From assembly GCF_054482595.1 (NCBI RefSeq), contig NZ_CM137008.1: a stretch of DNA of 64,000 nucleotides; one strand, written 5' to 3'. Positions 1-14,004 of the stretch are shown one piece after another (within the stretch, counting starts at the first letter, position 1; each line of letters begins with the position of its first letter). The position numbers and the translations under genes were made by a program. The notes under the pieces are model-generated. The model was not told the origin of the DNA. It saw only the letters and a list, made by a program, of their open reading frames with translations, and did no database searches.

Positions 1-770
<770 letters not shown>

Positions 771-1044
771 TTATAATTGAATTAATCCACGGATGCGATA
801 GTTGAGATCTTACATATTGTTGGTTAAAGAGATGTAGATCAAATTGATCGTAATTAAGCTTTTTTGATTATGTCCGAATTCGGACAAATGCTTTATAAAA
901 AAGGGTTTTAGCTTCATATCCTTCAAGTAATGAGGGAGAAAACAAGGCTGATAACCTTATTTTCCCGCCCTCATTTCGAGGCAGCATTTTGTGCTCTGTT
1001 TAAAATTTGTGATCACTGTGTGATTTTCACAAAAGCCACACTAT

Positions 1045-1938
<894 letters not shown>

Positions 1939-1974
1939 TTACCTCATCAATCGCTTGTAGTTATATGTTGTGTT

Positions 1975-2008
1975 GTGCACATCTATCCGTTTAGACGTCC
2001 AGATGTAA
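1975..2008 (-). promoter_or_regulatory. metF operator with tandem MetJ met-box-like octamers
   Basis: Minus-strand reading gives acatctGGACGTCTaaacggatagatgtg immediately upstream of metF, matching the AGACGTCT met-box consensus. Confidence 0.6.
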
Positions 2009-2283
2009 AGATGAAGGAAAAGCCGAAGGGCGTCAACCGAAAAATGACCAATGATGGTGAGGAAAAATCAGGGAAGATGAAAAAACTTCAGGATGGTAAG
2101 AAAAAGAAAATCCGGTATGCAAAGCAAACCGGACTGCAAATATTAACTAACCATGTACTTATTGCTTCTTGCCGGATTCGTCGTAAACGCTTCATCCGGC
2201 CTAATCCTATGATAATTCAATATATTTCATTAGAAACCATAGACCCGAAAACATGAGTACCGGACATTATTAAATTTCTGAAA

Positions 2284-4716
2284 TTACAACAACTGTGCCA
2301 GCCGGTTGATATCCGACTGAATCGCCCCGGCGGTGACGTCGCGCCCCGCGCCAGGCCCACGGATCACCAGCGGGTTATCGCGATACCAGCGGCTTTCGAT
2401 GGCAAAGACGTTGTCGCACGGCAGCAGTGATGCCAGCGGATGGTCTTCACGCACCGCCTCCACGCCCACACGCGCTTTGCCGTTGGCATCGAAACGCGCC
2501 ACGTAGCGCAGCACCAGCCCCATTTCGCGGGCCGCTTCCAGCCGTTGCACCATCTGCTCGTTAAGTTCATCGCCATTTTCAAAGAAATGGTCGATGCTGC
2601 CGCCTTCGCAATGAGCAGGCACCAGCGATTCCACACGTACCTGGTCCGGTTCAATGTTGTAACCCGCTTCACGCGCCAGAATCACCAGCTTGCGCATTAC
2701 GTCTTTGCCGGAGAGGTCGTCACGCGGATCAGGCTCGGTTAAGCCCTGCTGCCACGCCTGATCCACCAGCTCGGTAAACGGCACGCTACCGTCGAATTGC
2801 AGGAACAGCCAGGAGAGCGTGCCGGAGAAGATCCCACTGATCGACAAAATAGTATCGCCGCTGTCGATCAGATCGCGCACGGTGTGGTTGATCGGCAAGC
2901 CCGCACCGACGGTGGCGTTGTACAGCCAGTGACGCCCGGTTTTTTCGAAGGCGTCGTGGATCTGGCGATATTTATTGCTGTCGCTTGCTCCCGCCAGTTT
3001 GTTGGCACTGATGACGTGGAAACCGTGGCTGGCGAAATCAAGATACTGGTCAGCCAGCTGCTGGCTGGCGGTAACGTCCAGCACCACTAAATCATCATAC
3101 GGATGGGCGCGCATCCACAGGAAAAGCGACTCTTCATCCTGCTCGACCGCTTCATCGTTGAAGAAGGCTAACGCGCGGCTGGCGTCCAGCCCGTCATAAC
3201 TCAACAGACTGCGGCGGCTGTCCACCACGCCTGCCAGCACAAATTCAAAGCCGGTACGCGCCGAAAGCGAGCTCTGCTCGCGGGCGAACAGTTCCAGCCA
3301 GCGGGAACCGATATTGCCTTTGCCGAACAATACCAGGCCGATGCGTTTTTCTGCGCGGAAGACGGACTGATGCAGGCCCTGAATCAGGCTTTCGGTCGGG
3401 CCGGTGCGCAGTACTGCCACCAGGCTGATGCCGTCATCGGACTGCCAGGTAAACTCGACCGGCTGGCCTTTCAGTTGCTGCCAGAAGCGGTGGCAATGCA
3501 GCGGGTTACGGGTGACACCCGCCCCGACCATCGCCACCAGCGCCAGCCCCTGACGCAGGCGCAGTTCGCCAGGTAATCCCGCTTCGTCGAGGATTTTCAG
3601 CGCACTGTCGGCCACTTCTGAGGTGTAGCAAAATTGCAGCAACTGGCGATCGTTATGCACGCCAACCGCCAGTGGACGCACCTGGGCACGTTTCAGGATT
3701 TGGTCGATCTCTTTATGCGCCAGTTTGAAATCCTGACTGGCGGGCACCTGAAACTCAATCAAACAGACATCATCGTGGCTGGTGACAATACGCGCACCAG
3801 TACCGGAGGCCAGCACGCGTTCAATGCGCGTGGAACCTTGATCCGGCGTGTAGCTACAGCGCAGCTGCAGGTCGATTTCGCTGCCAGAAACTGGCTGTAA
3901 AGTACGGGCGTGAAGAACGGGAGCCGCCAGACGCGCCAGTTCGCTGGCCTCATCCAGACGCAGCAACGGCAGCAGGCAGGCATCTTTCACTTTACGCGGG
4001 TCGGCACTGTATACCCCGGCGACGTCGCTCCAGATGGTTACGCGAGAAACACCCGCCAGCGCACCGATTTGTGTCGCGGAATAGTCGGAACCGTTACGCC
4101 CCAGCAGCACCGTTTCACCGGCGTTGTTACGGCTGATAAACCCGGTCACCACCAGACGTTTACCCGGATGTTGTACCAGTAGCTGTTGCAGCAACGGGTA
4201 AGAAAGCCCTTCATCAACCTGCGGTTGCGCAGCGCGTTCAGCGCGTAAAAACTCGCGGGCATCAAGCCAGGCCGCTGGCAGCCCTTGTTGATTAAGTACC
4301 GCAGACATCAGTCGCGCCGACCACACTTCACCGTGGCCCACCACTTCCGCATACACTGCGTCGTTAATACCGCTGTCGAGCAGCGCCGCCAGGCGCTCAA
4401 GATCGCTGACAAAAGCGCTAATGAGGCTATCGGCTTCTTCGGCGGGTAGCAGGCCGCTAATCAGATCGCACTGATAGCGACGCAGCGTTTGTTGAACCTG
4501 ATGCGCAGAGAGACGATCGGTCTGGCTTAGTTTCAACCAGTTAATCAACTGGTTAGTGGTGCTACCGGCGGCGGAAACCACCATCATATCGTCAGGCTGA
4601 GAGTACTCCGCCATAATGCCCGCGACACGCAAATAACACTTCACATCAGCCAGACTACTGCCACCAAATTTATGCAGCTGACGACCTTTCGCCCCTGCCT
4701 GCGCAATCACACTCAT
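2284..4716 (-). CDS. metL: Bifunctional aspartokinase II / homoserine dehydrogenase II
   Basis: 810-aa ORF MSVIAQAGAKGRQLHKFGGSSLADVKCYLRVAGIMAEYSQPDDMMVVSAAGSTTNQL... recognised as MetL. Confidence 0.95.
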   Translation of the reverse strand: MSVIAQAGAKGRQLHKFGGSSLADVKCYLRVAGIMAEYSQPDDMMVVSAAGSTTNQLINWLKLSQTDRLSAHQVQQTLRRYQCDLISGLLPAEEADSLISAFVSDLERLAALLDSGINDAVYAEVVGHGEVWSARLMSAVLNQQGLPAAWLDAREFLRAERAAQPQVDEGLSYPLLQQLLVQHPGKRLVVTGFISRNNAGETVLLGRNGSDYSATQIGALAGVSRVTIWSDVAGVYSADPRKVKDACLLPLLRLDEASELARLAAPVLHARTLQPVSGSEIDLQLRCSYTPDQGSTRIERVLASGTGARIVTSHDDVCLIEFQVPASQDFKLAHKEIDQILKRAQVRPLAVGVHNDRQLLQFCYTSEVADSALKILDEAGLPGELRLRQGLALVAMVGAGVTRNPLHCHRFWQQLKGQPVEFTWQSDDGISLVAVLRTGPTESLIQGLHQSVFRAEKRIGLVLFGKGNIGSRWLELFAREQSSLSARTGFEFVLAGVVDSRRSLLSYDGLDASRALAFFNDEAVEQDEESLFLWMRAHPYDDLVVLDVTASQQLADQYLDFASHGFHVISANKLAGASDSNKYRQIHDAFEKTGRHWLYNATVGAGLPINHTVRDLIDSGDTILSISGIFSGTLSWLFLQFDGSVPFTELVDQAWQQGLTEPDPRDDLSGKDVMRKLVILAREAGYNIEPDQVRVESLVPAHCEGGSIDHFFENGDELNEQMVQRLEAAREMGLVLRYVARFDANGKARVGVEAVREDHPLASLLPCDNVFAIESRWYRDNPLVIRGPGAGRDVTAGAIQSDINRLAQLL

Positions 4717-4718
4717 TT

Positions 4719-5879
4719 TTACCCCTTGTTTGCAGCCCGGAAGCCATTTTCCAGGTCGGCAATTAAATCTTCGCCATCTTCAATACCGGTGGAGATACGC
4801 AGCAGCGTCTCGGAGATCCCGGCGGCAGCACGCGCTTCTGGCGCCATGCCTGCATGTGTCATGGTTGCGGCGTGAGAGATTAAACTTTCCACTCCCCCTA
4901 ACGATTCCGCCAGCGTAAACAACGACAGCCCGCCCAGGAAACGACGCAGCGTCTGCTCATCGCCATCCAGTTCAAAACTCAACATTGCGCCAAAGCCTTT
5001 TTGCTGACGCGCGGCAATTTCATGCCCCTGATTTTCCGGCAGCGACGGGTGATACAGTTTTTTCACCAACGGCTGGGTTTGCAGATATTTCACAATCGCC
5101 TGCGCGTTGCGCTGCGCCAGCTCCATACGCGGCACCAGCGTTCGCAACCCGCGTAGCAGCAGATAGCTGTCAAACGCGCCGCCCGTCACGCCAATATTGT
5201 TTGCCCACCAGGCAAGTTCAGTGACAACGTCCGGGTCTTTAGCAATCACCACGCCAGCCACCACGTCAGAGTGACCGTTCAGATATTTCGTACATGAATG
5301 CAACACCAGATCGGCACCCAATGCCAGCGGATTTTGTAATGCCGGGCTTAAGAAGGTGTTATCCACCACGCTCACCGCCCCGACTTCCCTTGCCAGATGG
5401 CAGATTTTCGCAATATCCACGACGCGTAACAATGGATTACTTGGGCTTTCTACCAGTACCAGTTTGGGGTTTTCTGCCAGCGCTGCCCGTAATGCCTGTT
5501 CATCGCCTTGATCAACAAACAACACGCGATAGCAACCGCGTTTCGCCAGGCTGTCGAACAGGCGATAGCTACCGCCGTAGCAGTCGTGCGGCGCAACCAG
5601 CAGATCGCCAGGTTTCAAAAAGACGGTCGTTACCAGGTGAATCGCGGACATGCCGGTATTAGTAAGTACTGCACCAGCACCGCCTTCCAGTTCTGCCAGC
5701 GCACGCTGAACCACATCGCGCGTTGGGTTGCCGCGACGCGAGTAATCATGCGCGCGCGGTTCATTAAATCCGGTAAAGTTATAGGTGCTGGAAAGATGGA
5801 TGGGAGGGACAACGCAACCATACTGTTCGTCGTCATTTAACCCGCTACGCACTGCGATGGTGGCCTGTTTACGCGTCAT
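4719..5879 (-). CDS. metB: Cystathionine gamma-synthase (PLP-dependent)
   Basis: ORF track gives 445 aa, but recognised MetB begins at internal MTRKQATIAVRSGLNDDEQYG...; ATG at 5879 gives 386 aa; 3 bp downstream of metL start (metBL operon). Confidence 0.9.
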   Translation of the reverse strand: MTRKQATIAVRSGLNDDEQYGCVVPPIHLSSTYNFTGFNEPRAHDYSRRGNPTRDVVQRALAELEGGAGAVLTNTGMSAIHLVTTVFLKPGDLLVAPHDCYGGSYRLFDSLAKRGCYRVLFVDQGDEQALRAALAENPKLVLVESPSNPLLRVVDIAKICHLAREVGAVSVVDNTFLSPALQNPLALGADLVLHSCTKYLNGHSDVVAGVVIAKDPDVVTELAWWANNIGVTGGAFDSYLLLRGLRTLVPRMELAQRNAQAIVKYLQTQPLVKKLYHPSLPENQGHEIAARQQKGFGAMLSFELDGDEQTLRRFLGGLSLFTLAESLGGVESLISHAATMTHAGMAPEARAAAGISETLLRISTGIEDGEDLIADLENGFRAANKG

Positions 5880-5940
5880 GTGATGAAGTTCCCTGGGCTT
5901 GGTCGGTGAAATGTCAGGCACCAGAGTAAACATTGTGTTA

Positions 5941-5976
5941 ATGGACGTCAATACATCTGGACATCTAAACTTCTTT
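5941..5976. promoter_or_regulatory. metB/metJ divergent control region with met boxes
   Basis: ggacgtcaatacatctggacatctaaac: tandem 8-bp units resembling AGACGTCT in the metB-metJ intergenic region. Confidence 0.6.
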
Positions 5977-6155
5977 GCGTATAGATTGAGCAAATCCCAA
6001 ATAGCCGTTAAAATTATATGCATTATCACGCCGACAGATGCATTACACGATGTCACGGTAACGCCTGTACGGTAAACTATGCGGGTTTACGGTCAGTACC
6101 CACATAAATTGTGTGGTCTGGTCTCAATTTATTGACGAAGAGGATTAAGTATCTC

Positions 6156-6473
6156 ATGGCTGAATGGAGCGGCGAATATATCAGCCCATACGCTGAGCAC
6201 GGCAAGAAGAGTGAACAAGTCAAAAAGATTACGGTTTCCATTCCTCTTAAGGTGTTAAAAATCCTCACCGATGAACGCACGCGTCGTCAGGTGAACAACC
6301 TGCGTCACGCTACCAACAGCGAGCTGCTGTGCGAAGCGTTTCTGCATGCCTTTACCGGGCAACCTTTGCCGGATGATGCCGATCTGCGTAAAGAGCGCAG
6401 CGACGAAATCCCGGAAGCGGCAAAAGAGATCATGCGTGAGATGGGGATTAACCCGGAGACGTGGGAATACTAA
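6156..6473 (+). CDS. metJ: Methionine repressor (ribbon-helix-helix)
   Basis: [62 protein letters not shown]... recognised as MetJ (105 aa); ORF-track start 6111 is an upstream extension. Confidence 0.95.
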
Positions 6474-6532
6474 AGCGGAAAAGAGCGGCGCGGAGTTAAC
6501 CTGCCGCTTTTTTCATACAAGGACGTTTAACG

Positions 6533-7141
6533 ATGAAAATCAGGCTACTGATCCTCAGCCTGCTGGTTTCTGTGCCTGCCTTTGCCTGGCAGCCGCAAAC
6601 TGGCGACATCATCTTTCAAATCTCTCGCTCATCGCAAAGTAAAGCGATCCAACTGGCGACCCATTCCGATTACAGCCACACCGGTATGCTGGTGATGCGT
6701 AACAAAAAGCCCTACGTTTTTGAAGCGGTCGGCCCGGTGAAATACACCCCGCTCAAGCAGTGGATTGCCCATGGTGAAAAGGGCAAATACGTTGTTCGCC
6801 GCGTTGAAGGCGGACTGAGTGTTGAACAACAGCAAAAACTGGCGCAAACGGCGAAACGTTATCTCGGCAAACCGTACGATTTCAGCTTCTCATGGAGCGA
6901 CGATCGCCAGTACTGTTCGGAAGTGGTGTGGAAGGTTTATCAGAATGCGCTGGGAATGCGCGTGGGCGAACAGCAGAAGTTGAAAGAGTTTGATCTCAGC
7001 AACCCGCTGGTCCAGGCGAAGCTCAAAGAACGCTACGGCAAAAATATTCCGCTTGAGGAAACGGTAGTTTCACCACAAGCCGTTTTCGACGCGCCACAAC
7101 TCACCACGGTCGCCAAAGAATGGCCGCTGTTTTCGTGGTAA
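6533..7141 (+). CDS. yiiX: YiiX family protein (permuted papain-fold/NlpC-P60-like putative lipid-binding hydrolase) with signal peptide
   Basis: 202-aa ORF MKIRLLILSLLVSVPAFAWQPQTGDIIFQISRSSQSKAIQLATHSDYSHTGMLV..., recognised as YiiX. Confidence 0.9.
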   Translation: MKIRLLILSLLVSVPAFAWQPQTGDIIFQISRSSQSKAIQLATHSDYSHTGMLVMRNKKPYVFEAVGPVKYTPLKQWIAHGEKGKYVVRRVEGGLSVEQQQKLAQTAKRYLGKPYDFSFSWSDDRQYCSEVVWKVYQNALGMRVGEQQKLKEFDLSNPLVQAKLKERYGKNIPLEETVVSPQAVFDAPQLTTVAKEWPLFSW

Positions 7142-7285
7142 TGGATGATAAAAAAAATAATTCCCGCCGTAGTCTGTTTGTTGCTTTGTAGTTGCACGAC
7201 CTTTCCGCAAGCTGTCGCTCCGGTAAACGGTGATGCCTCCAATTAGTTGAATTAAGGATATAATACTCGCTTTTAAGGTTGTTTC

Positions 7286-7558
7286 ATGGTCACAGTTAAC
7301 CTTCATTGTCCCCGTTGCCAGTCCGTTCAGGTTTACCGTCACGGGCAGAACCCCAAAAGACATGATCGATTCCGCGGCCGTGACTGTCACCGGGTATTTC
7401 AGCTCAGTTACTGTTACGAGCCCCGTAAACCGGGAGTTAAAGACCAAATCGCTGAAATGGCTTTCAACGGTGCCGGGGTTCGCTATACTGCCCGTACGCT
7501 GAAAATCGGCATTAATACAGTCATCCGAACTTTAAAAAACTCTCGCCACGAAGAATAA
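7286..7558 (+). CDS. insA: IS1 InsA-like protein (zinc-finger/HTH)
   Basis: 90-aa ORF MVTVNLHCPRCQSVQVYRHGQ...NGAGVRYTARTLKIGINTVIRTLKNSRHEE; CxxC...CxxC layout and C-terminal LKNS tail as in IS1 InsA, but strongly diverged. Confidence 0.8.
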   Translation: MVTVNLHCPRCQSVQVYRHGQNPKRHDRFRGRDCHRVFQLSYCYEPRKPGVKDQIAEMAFNGAGVRYTARTLKIGINTVIRTLKNSRHEE

Positions 7559-7990
7559 CGTCATCCCCGGTCGCTCATGCTGATGTGGCACTCATCTGCG
7601 AACTTAGTCAGCAATGGAGCTTTGTCGGCAGTAAAGCGCGACAGCACTGGCTCTGGTACGTGTACAACACGAAAACTGGTGGTGTTCTGGCCTACACTTT
7701 TGGCCCCCGGACTGATGAAACCTGTCGTGAATTGCTGGCGCTGCTTACCCTTTTACCATCGGCATGTTGACCACTGACGAATGGGGTAGTTACGCTAGAG
7801 AGTTACCAAAGGAGAAGCATCTGACTGGTAAGATTTTTACTCAGCACATTGAGCGTAACAATCTGACCCTGAGAACCCGAATCAAACGTCTGGCCCGCAA
7901 AACCATCTGTTTCTCGAGTTCTGTAGAACTTCATGAAAAAGTCATCGGTGCTTTTATCGAAAATATATGTTCTACTAATTGGAGTCATCA
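7540..7990 (+). pseudogene. insB: IS1 insB-like transposase region carrying an extra frameshift
   Basis: InsB-like similarity (QQWSFVGSKARQHWLWYVYN...) continues in one frame to a stop near 7770, then resumes in another frame (YPFTIGMLTTDEWGSYAREL...HEKVIGAF). Confidence 0.6.
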
Positions 7991-8047
7991 CCCTTCTGAT
8001 GAGCTTTCCTTGGATGATTACCAGACTGAATACACAGCCAAAGATTT

Positions 8048-8371
8048 TTACCTCATTCTGCTCTTTTTTCTCAAATGACATATATTATATTTTACATCAT
8101 ATTCATAGGCATATGACATTCCCCCGCCCCCCATTATGTCATTGTGGGTTGATGTTGGGCTTTCATAAAAAAATACATCTTTTTTTGAACTAGCATTAAT
8201 TATATTTACTTTATATATTAAAATATTTTCTCCATCTGGAAATATTTTAGCCACACAATATAAAGCAGCTAAATCCGAATTACTTAAAAATACATTGTCA
8301 TCACTCATAACTCCAGCCATTAAATGACTGGAGACTAAAGCAAGGAAATAACAACATTGTATTGCCTTCAT
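8048..8371 (-). CDS. Putative immunity protein for the adjacent Rhs C-terminal toxin; hydrophobic N-terminus
   Basis: ATG at 8371 lies 1 nt after the toxin stop (8373-8375) with GGGAG 8 nt upstream; product MKAIQCCYFLALVSSHLMAGV... about 107 aa; AT-rich. Confidence 0.65.
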   Translation of the reverse strand: MKAIQCCYFLALVSSHLMAGVMSDDNVFLSNSDLAALYCVAKIFPDGENILIYKVNIINASSKKDVFFYESPTSTHNDIMGGGGMSYAYEYDVKYNICHLRKKSRMR

Positions 8372-8372
8372 T

Positions 8373-9410
8373 TTAATTACTCCCTTGCCTGATAATTGTA
8401 ACTCCATTCCCTTTAGCTTTGGGATTATATTTTAGATAGGTGTTATTTGGTGTTCCCAAGTAACTACTGTATTCTTTTTTTCCCATTCCATTCATATAAG
8501 AATTCGTTAAATCTTTGCTTGAAAAATTTAGACTATCATAAACATCATTTTCTTTTGTTACTTTATTTCCTTTATCGTCAGAGTAAAAACCGTGAGTGTG
8601 ATAATCGCCTACTCTCTCTGAACCTTCAGGGCATTTTATATTTCGCAAGTCTACACTATCATTATCATTTGAACTTATCGGATTCATGGGAAAATATTCA
8701 CCTTGCTTCTTACATATTAGTCCACCATATTCTTTAATCTCGTTAATTGATTCTCCATTACACATTGCCAATGCAAATATTCCAATATCATCTATATTTT
8801 TTGATTTAAATTCATATAATCCCAATGGATCCATGCCATTCACCGGGCTCAGCGGATATGTATACAGGTTCCATCCCCCCTTCAGCCCAATCGGATCCTG
8901 AGTGATATACCGCCCCTGCAGCGGGTCATAATAGCGGTGGCGGTTGTAATACAGGCCGGACTCCTCATCATACTGCTGACCCGGCAGGCGGATGAGCTGC
9001 TGCAGCTGGTGCGGGTTCTCTTCATTCAGCAGGTTGCCCCATTCATCGTATTCTGCGCACCATTCTGTAGCCCCTTCCGTGCTGATAAGCGCCAGCGGCA
9101 GGCCGCGATGGTCGCAGTGGTACAGGTGGATTTTTCGCGCCGGCGTGTACACCGGGTCCATCTGGTTTTGCATCTGCTCCACCGTCAGGCCGCACGATGC
9201 CAGCCAGCGGCGACTTTCCTCACTCACCCGGTCAGCCAGGATTTCACTTTCCAGCCGGTCGAGCATCTGCACCAGCACCGGCGGGAACACCACACTGCCA
9301 CCGTCTTCGCCGCCGGACTGCTGAAGCGCATCCGCCAGGCTGCGGCGCTGCGTTTTCGCCAGCTCACCGGTGGCGGTTTCAACCCTGATGAGTGGCGTGA
9401 AGCCAGGGCA
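8373..9410 (-). CDS. Orphan Rhs core-end plus C-terminal toxin domain (5'-truncated, no native start)
   Basis: Frame is open from the H-repeat junction (about 9410): [32 protein letters not shown]...[17 protein letters not shown]...[10 protein letters not shown] followed by a 147-aa AT-rich variable domain (about 8373-8816). Confidence 0.8.
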   Translation of the reverse strand, partial: CPGFTPLIRVETATGELAKTQRRSLADALQQSGGEDGGSVVFPPVLVQMLDRLESEILADRVSEESRRWLASCGLTVEQMQNQMDPVYTPARKIHLYHCDHRGLPLALISTEGATEWCAEYDEWGNLLNEENPHQLQQLIRLPGQQYDEESGLYYNRHRYYDPLQGRYITQDPIGLKGGWNLYTYPLSPVNGMDPLGLYEFKSKNIDDIGIFALAMCNGESINEIKEYGGLICKKQGEYFPMNPISSNDNDSVDLRNIKCPEGSERVGDYHTHGFYSDDKGNKVTKENDVYDSLNFSSKDLTNSYMNGMGKKEYSSYLGTPNNTYLKYNPKAKGNGVTIIRQGSN

Positions 9411-10653
9411 AGATTACGAAAGCCCGCTCCCCGCAAGGACTGACGCCAGATAGTTTCTGTCCATGGCTGCTTTTCGCATCTTACGTCTTAACCCTGCCTT
9501 GAATACCTTATCATTCGTCAAAATATTAATAGCAATGTGCCGTATCCCTGAAAATAATTCTGCTGCATTTCCTCTTCTTATTTTGCAGTCGTCTTCATTC
9601 ATTACCACGTCCAGACGCCAGTGCAGCTTATTCTCCACGTGCCAGTGATTTCGGATCGCTGTGGCGAATTTCTCAGCGGTTAAATCAGCAGAACTGATAT
9701 AATATCTGACCGTCATTTCTGGCTCTTTCTTTTGCTCTGCTATTATGGACCGAAAGGAGACTGCCACGCATAATTTCTTCAGCCCTTTCCATTCAAACGT
9801 GAAATCAATAAGTTCATCAGGGACATCGCAAACAATATGAAGACGGATTTCTTCTCTGCCGTGACTCTTTTCACTAATTGCGTAACTGTCATGCTCTGGA
9901 TTATTTAATTCTTTCAGCGGAAATTTTTCCTCAAAGGCTTTATTAAGCCGCCCCTGGTTACCTTTTACCGCGAATAAATAATCACCGCCCTGTTTTTGTA
10001 TCTTCTCTGCGATATCTTTCTGGCAACCCATCGCATCAGTTGTGATAATTTTCCCTTTAATATCCAGCATGTTAAGAAGTTCAGGGATAGCTGTAATCTC
10101 ATTAGATTTCTCATCCGTCTTGATCTGTCCGATGACCAGACTGTGCATTGTTGAGAACGCACTAATGACATGAATCGCTCCCCTGCGGCGACTCTTGTCA
10201 TAAGAATGCCGGAGCGTTTTTCCATCAATTGCAATGACGTCTTTATCATCTGAAGAATGACAATCACGCATCCAGTTAATAAAGCACTCATGAAATTTTG
10301 TAGGGCTGATACAGGATACAACTCTGGCAATGGTATCGTGAACAGGAATACCATTTTCAAAATCACCATATTGCTTCAAAAAATCGAGATGTGTTTCCCC
10401 AAAATCCTCTATATCTTCCCAACCTTCTGCACCCGAAATAACGGCACAAATAGTCAACAGTAGAATATCTGATAATTTATGTTCCACTTTCTAGGCTTGT
10501 CTGTAATCGGGGATAATAGAAATATGTTCCATCAATTTTTTAAGTTCCATTTTGTTCTCCTTAATTATACAAGGAGTATTTGATCATGTATAAGCAATAA
10601 AAGACAGCTTTAGGTAATGAGGAATATCTCAATTTTTAAACATAAAATGCGAA
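9411..10653 (-). mobile_element. H-repeat (ISAs1-family) element inserted within the Rhs remnant; boundaries approximate
   Basis: Contains the ISAs1/H-rpt transposase reading frame; flanked by the Rhs N-terminal fragment on one side and the Rhs core-end on the other. Confidence 0.6.
9414..10550 (-). pseudogene. ISAs1-family (H-repeat-associated, YhhI-like) transposase with in-frame amber stop at codon 20
   Basis: ATG at 10550 reads MELKKLMEHISIIPDYRQA then TAG (10493-10491), continuing in frame as [37 protein letters not shown]... (357-aa ORF from GTG at 10487). Confidence 0.75.
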
Positions 10654-11076
10654 TTATTTAGTACAAAAAGTGTACTTCTGATGATCTTTCCCTGGAAACA
10701 GGTGCTCAAAATACAGGCTTCTGCCGCCGTTATCACTGAGTATCAGTGTGTTATCGCGCAGCTGTAAGCGGATATCCGCAGGCATTTTCCAGCCGGGGCC
10801 GAGGCTCCCCACCGGCGCGGGCGTTTTTGTCCGATAACTGCTGTAGGTGCGGGAGAGAATGAACGGCAGCGGGGCGGGCAGGGCGATGTCGGTTTCACCG
10901 GGAAGGACCTTTGCACCCAGCAGCGGATTGACCGGATGGCCGGACGTCACCCCGCCGGGGCACACCGAACAGGCCACGCCGGTGGGGGCACCGATGCGCA
11001 CCCCGGCTGAACCCTGGACAATGCTACCGCCATACTGCGTCATGTCGCCCTGACGCGCCGCCGGTTTTCCGCTCAT
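10654..11076 (-). pseudogene. Rhs N-terminal fragment (PAAR domain) truncated after about 125 aa of Rhs sequence
   Basis: MSGKPAARQGDMTQYGGSIVQGSAGVRIGAPTGVACSVCPGG...LRDNTLILSDNGGRSLYFEHL is the typical Rhs N-terminus; unrelated tail FPGKDHQKYTFCTK then stop. Confidence 0.8.
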
Positions 11077-11193
11077 CGTAAAATCCTTTTGAAATAAATA
11101 AGAACCAGAAGCCTAGCGCCAGTCAACAACAGGAAATGATAATGAGTTAACACCCCGGAATTTTTCAGAATTTATAAAAGGCAAATTACAGGC

Positions 11194-11223
11194 ACAAAAA
11201 AAGCGCCGTGCGGCGCTTTTTTC
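11194..11223. terminator. Bidirectional rho-independent terminator downstream of rpmE
   Basis: aaaaaaa GCGCCG tg CGGCGC tttttt: GC stem with A-run on one side and T-run on the other. Confidence 0.7.
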
Positions 11224-11235
11224 GGAAATCCGGTC

Positions 11236-11487
<252 letters not shown>

Positions 11488-11491
11488 CTAA

Positions 11492-13849
<2,358 letters not shown>

Positions 13850-14004
13850 ACCGCTCACGATGCGAGGCGGATCGAAAAATTCAATATTCATCACACTTTT
13901 CATGAAAATTCTGTAACCGTTTTCACGCGCTATCTGCTAAAAATGTTGCCGATGTGAAGTAAACATGGATGTAGTACGCCTGACGTGCCAGGCGAGGAGT
14001 GAGT

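Larger units (their letters stand above)
7229..7992 (+). mobile_element. IS1-family insertion sequence (divergent isoform), about 764 bp
   Basis: Terminal inverted repeats ggtgatgcctccaatt (7229) and aattggagtcatcacc (ending 7992); insA-like ORF; A6C frameshift motif aaaaaac at 7534-7540; insB-like reading frames. Confidence 0.85.

Noticed and set aside
1008-1031. TGTGA-containing palindromic sequence (tgtgatcactgtgtgattttcaca) resembling a CRP-type site just downstream of metF
   Set aside because: Half-site spacing does not fit the CRP consensus (TGTGA-N6-TCACA) and it lies at the 3' end of metF rather than in a promoter; more likely part of a terminator or just a local palindrome.
6346-6642. 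98-aa plus-strand ORF
   Set aside because: Out-of-frame overlap with metJ, running into the yiiX start; no recognisable features.
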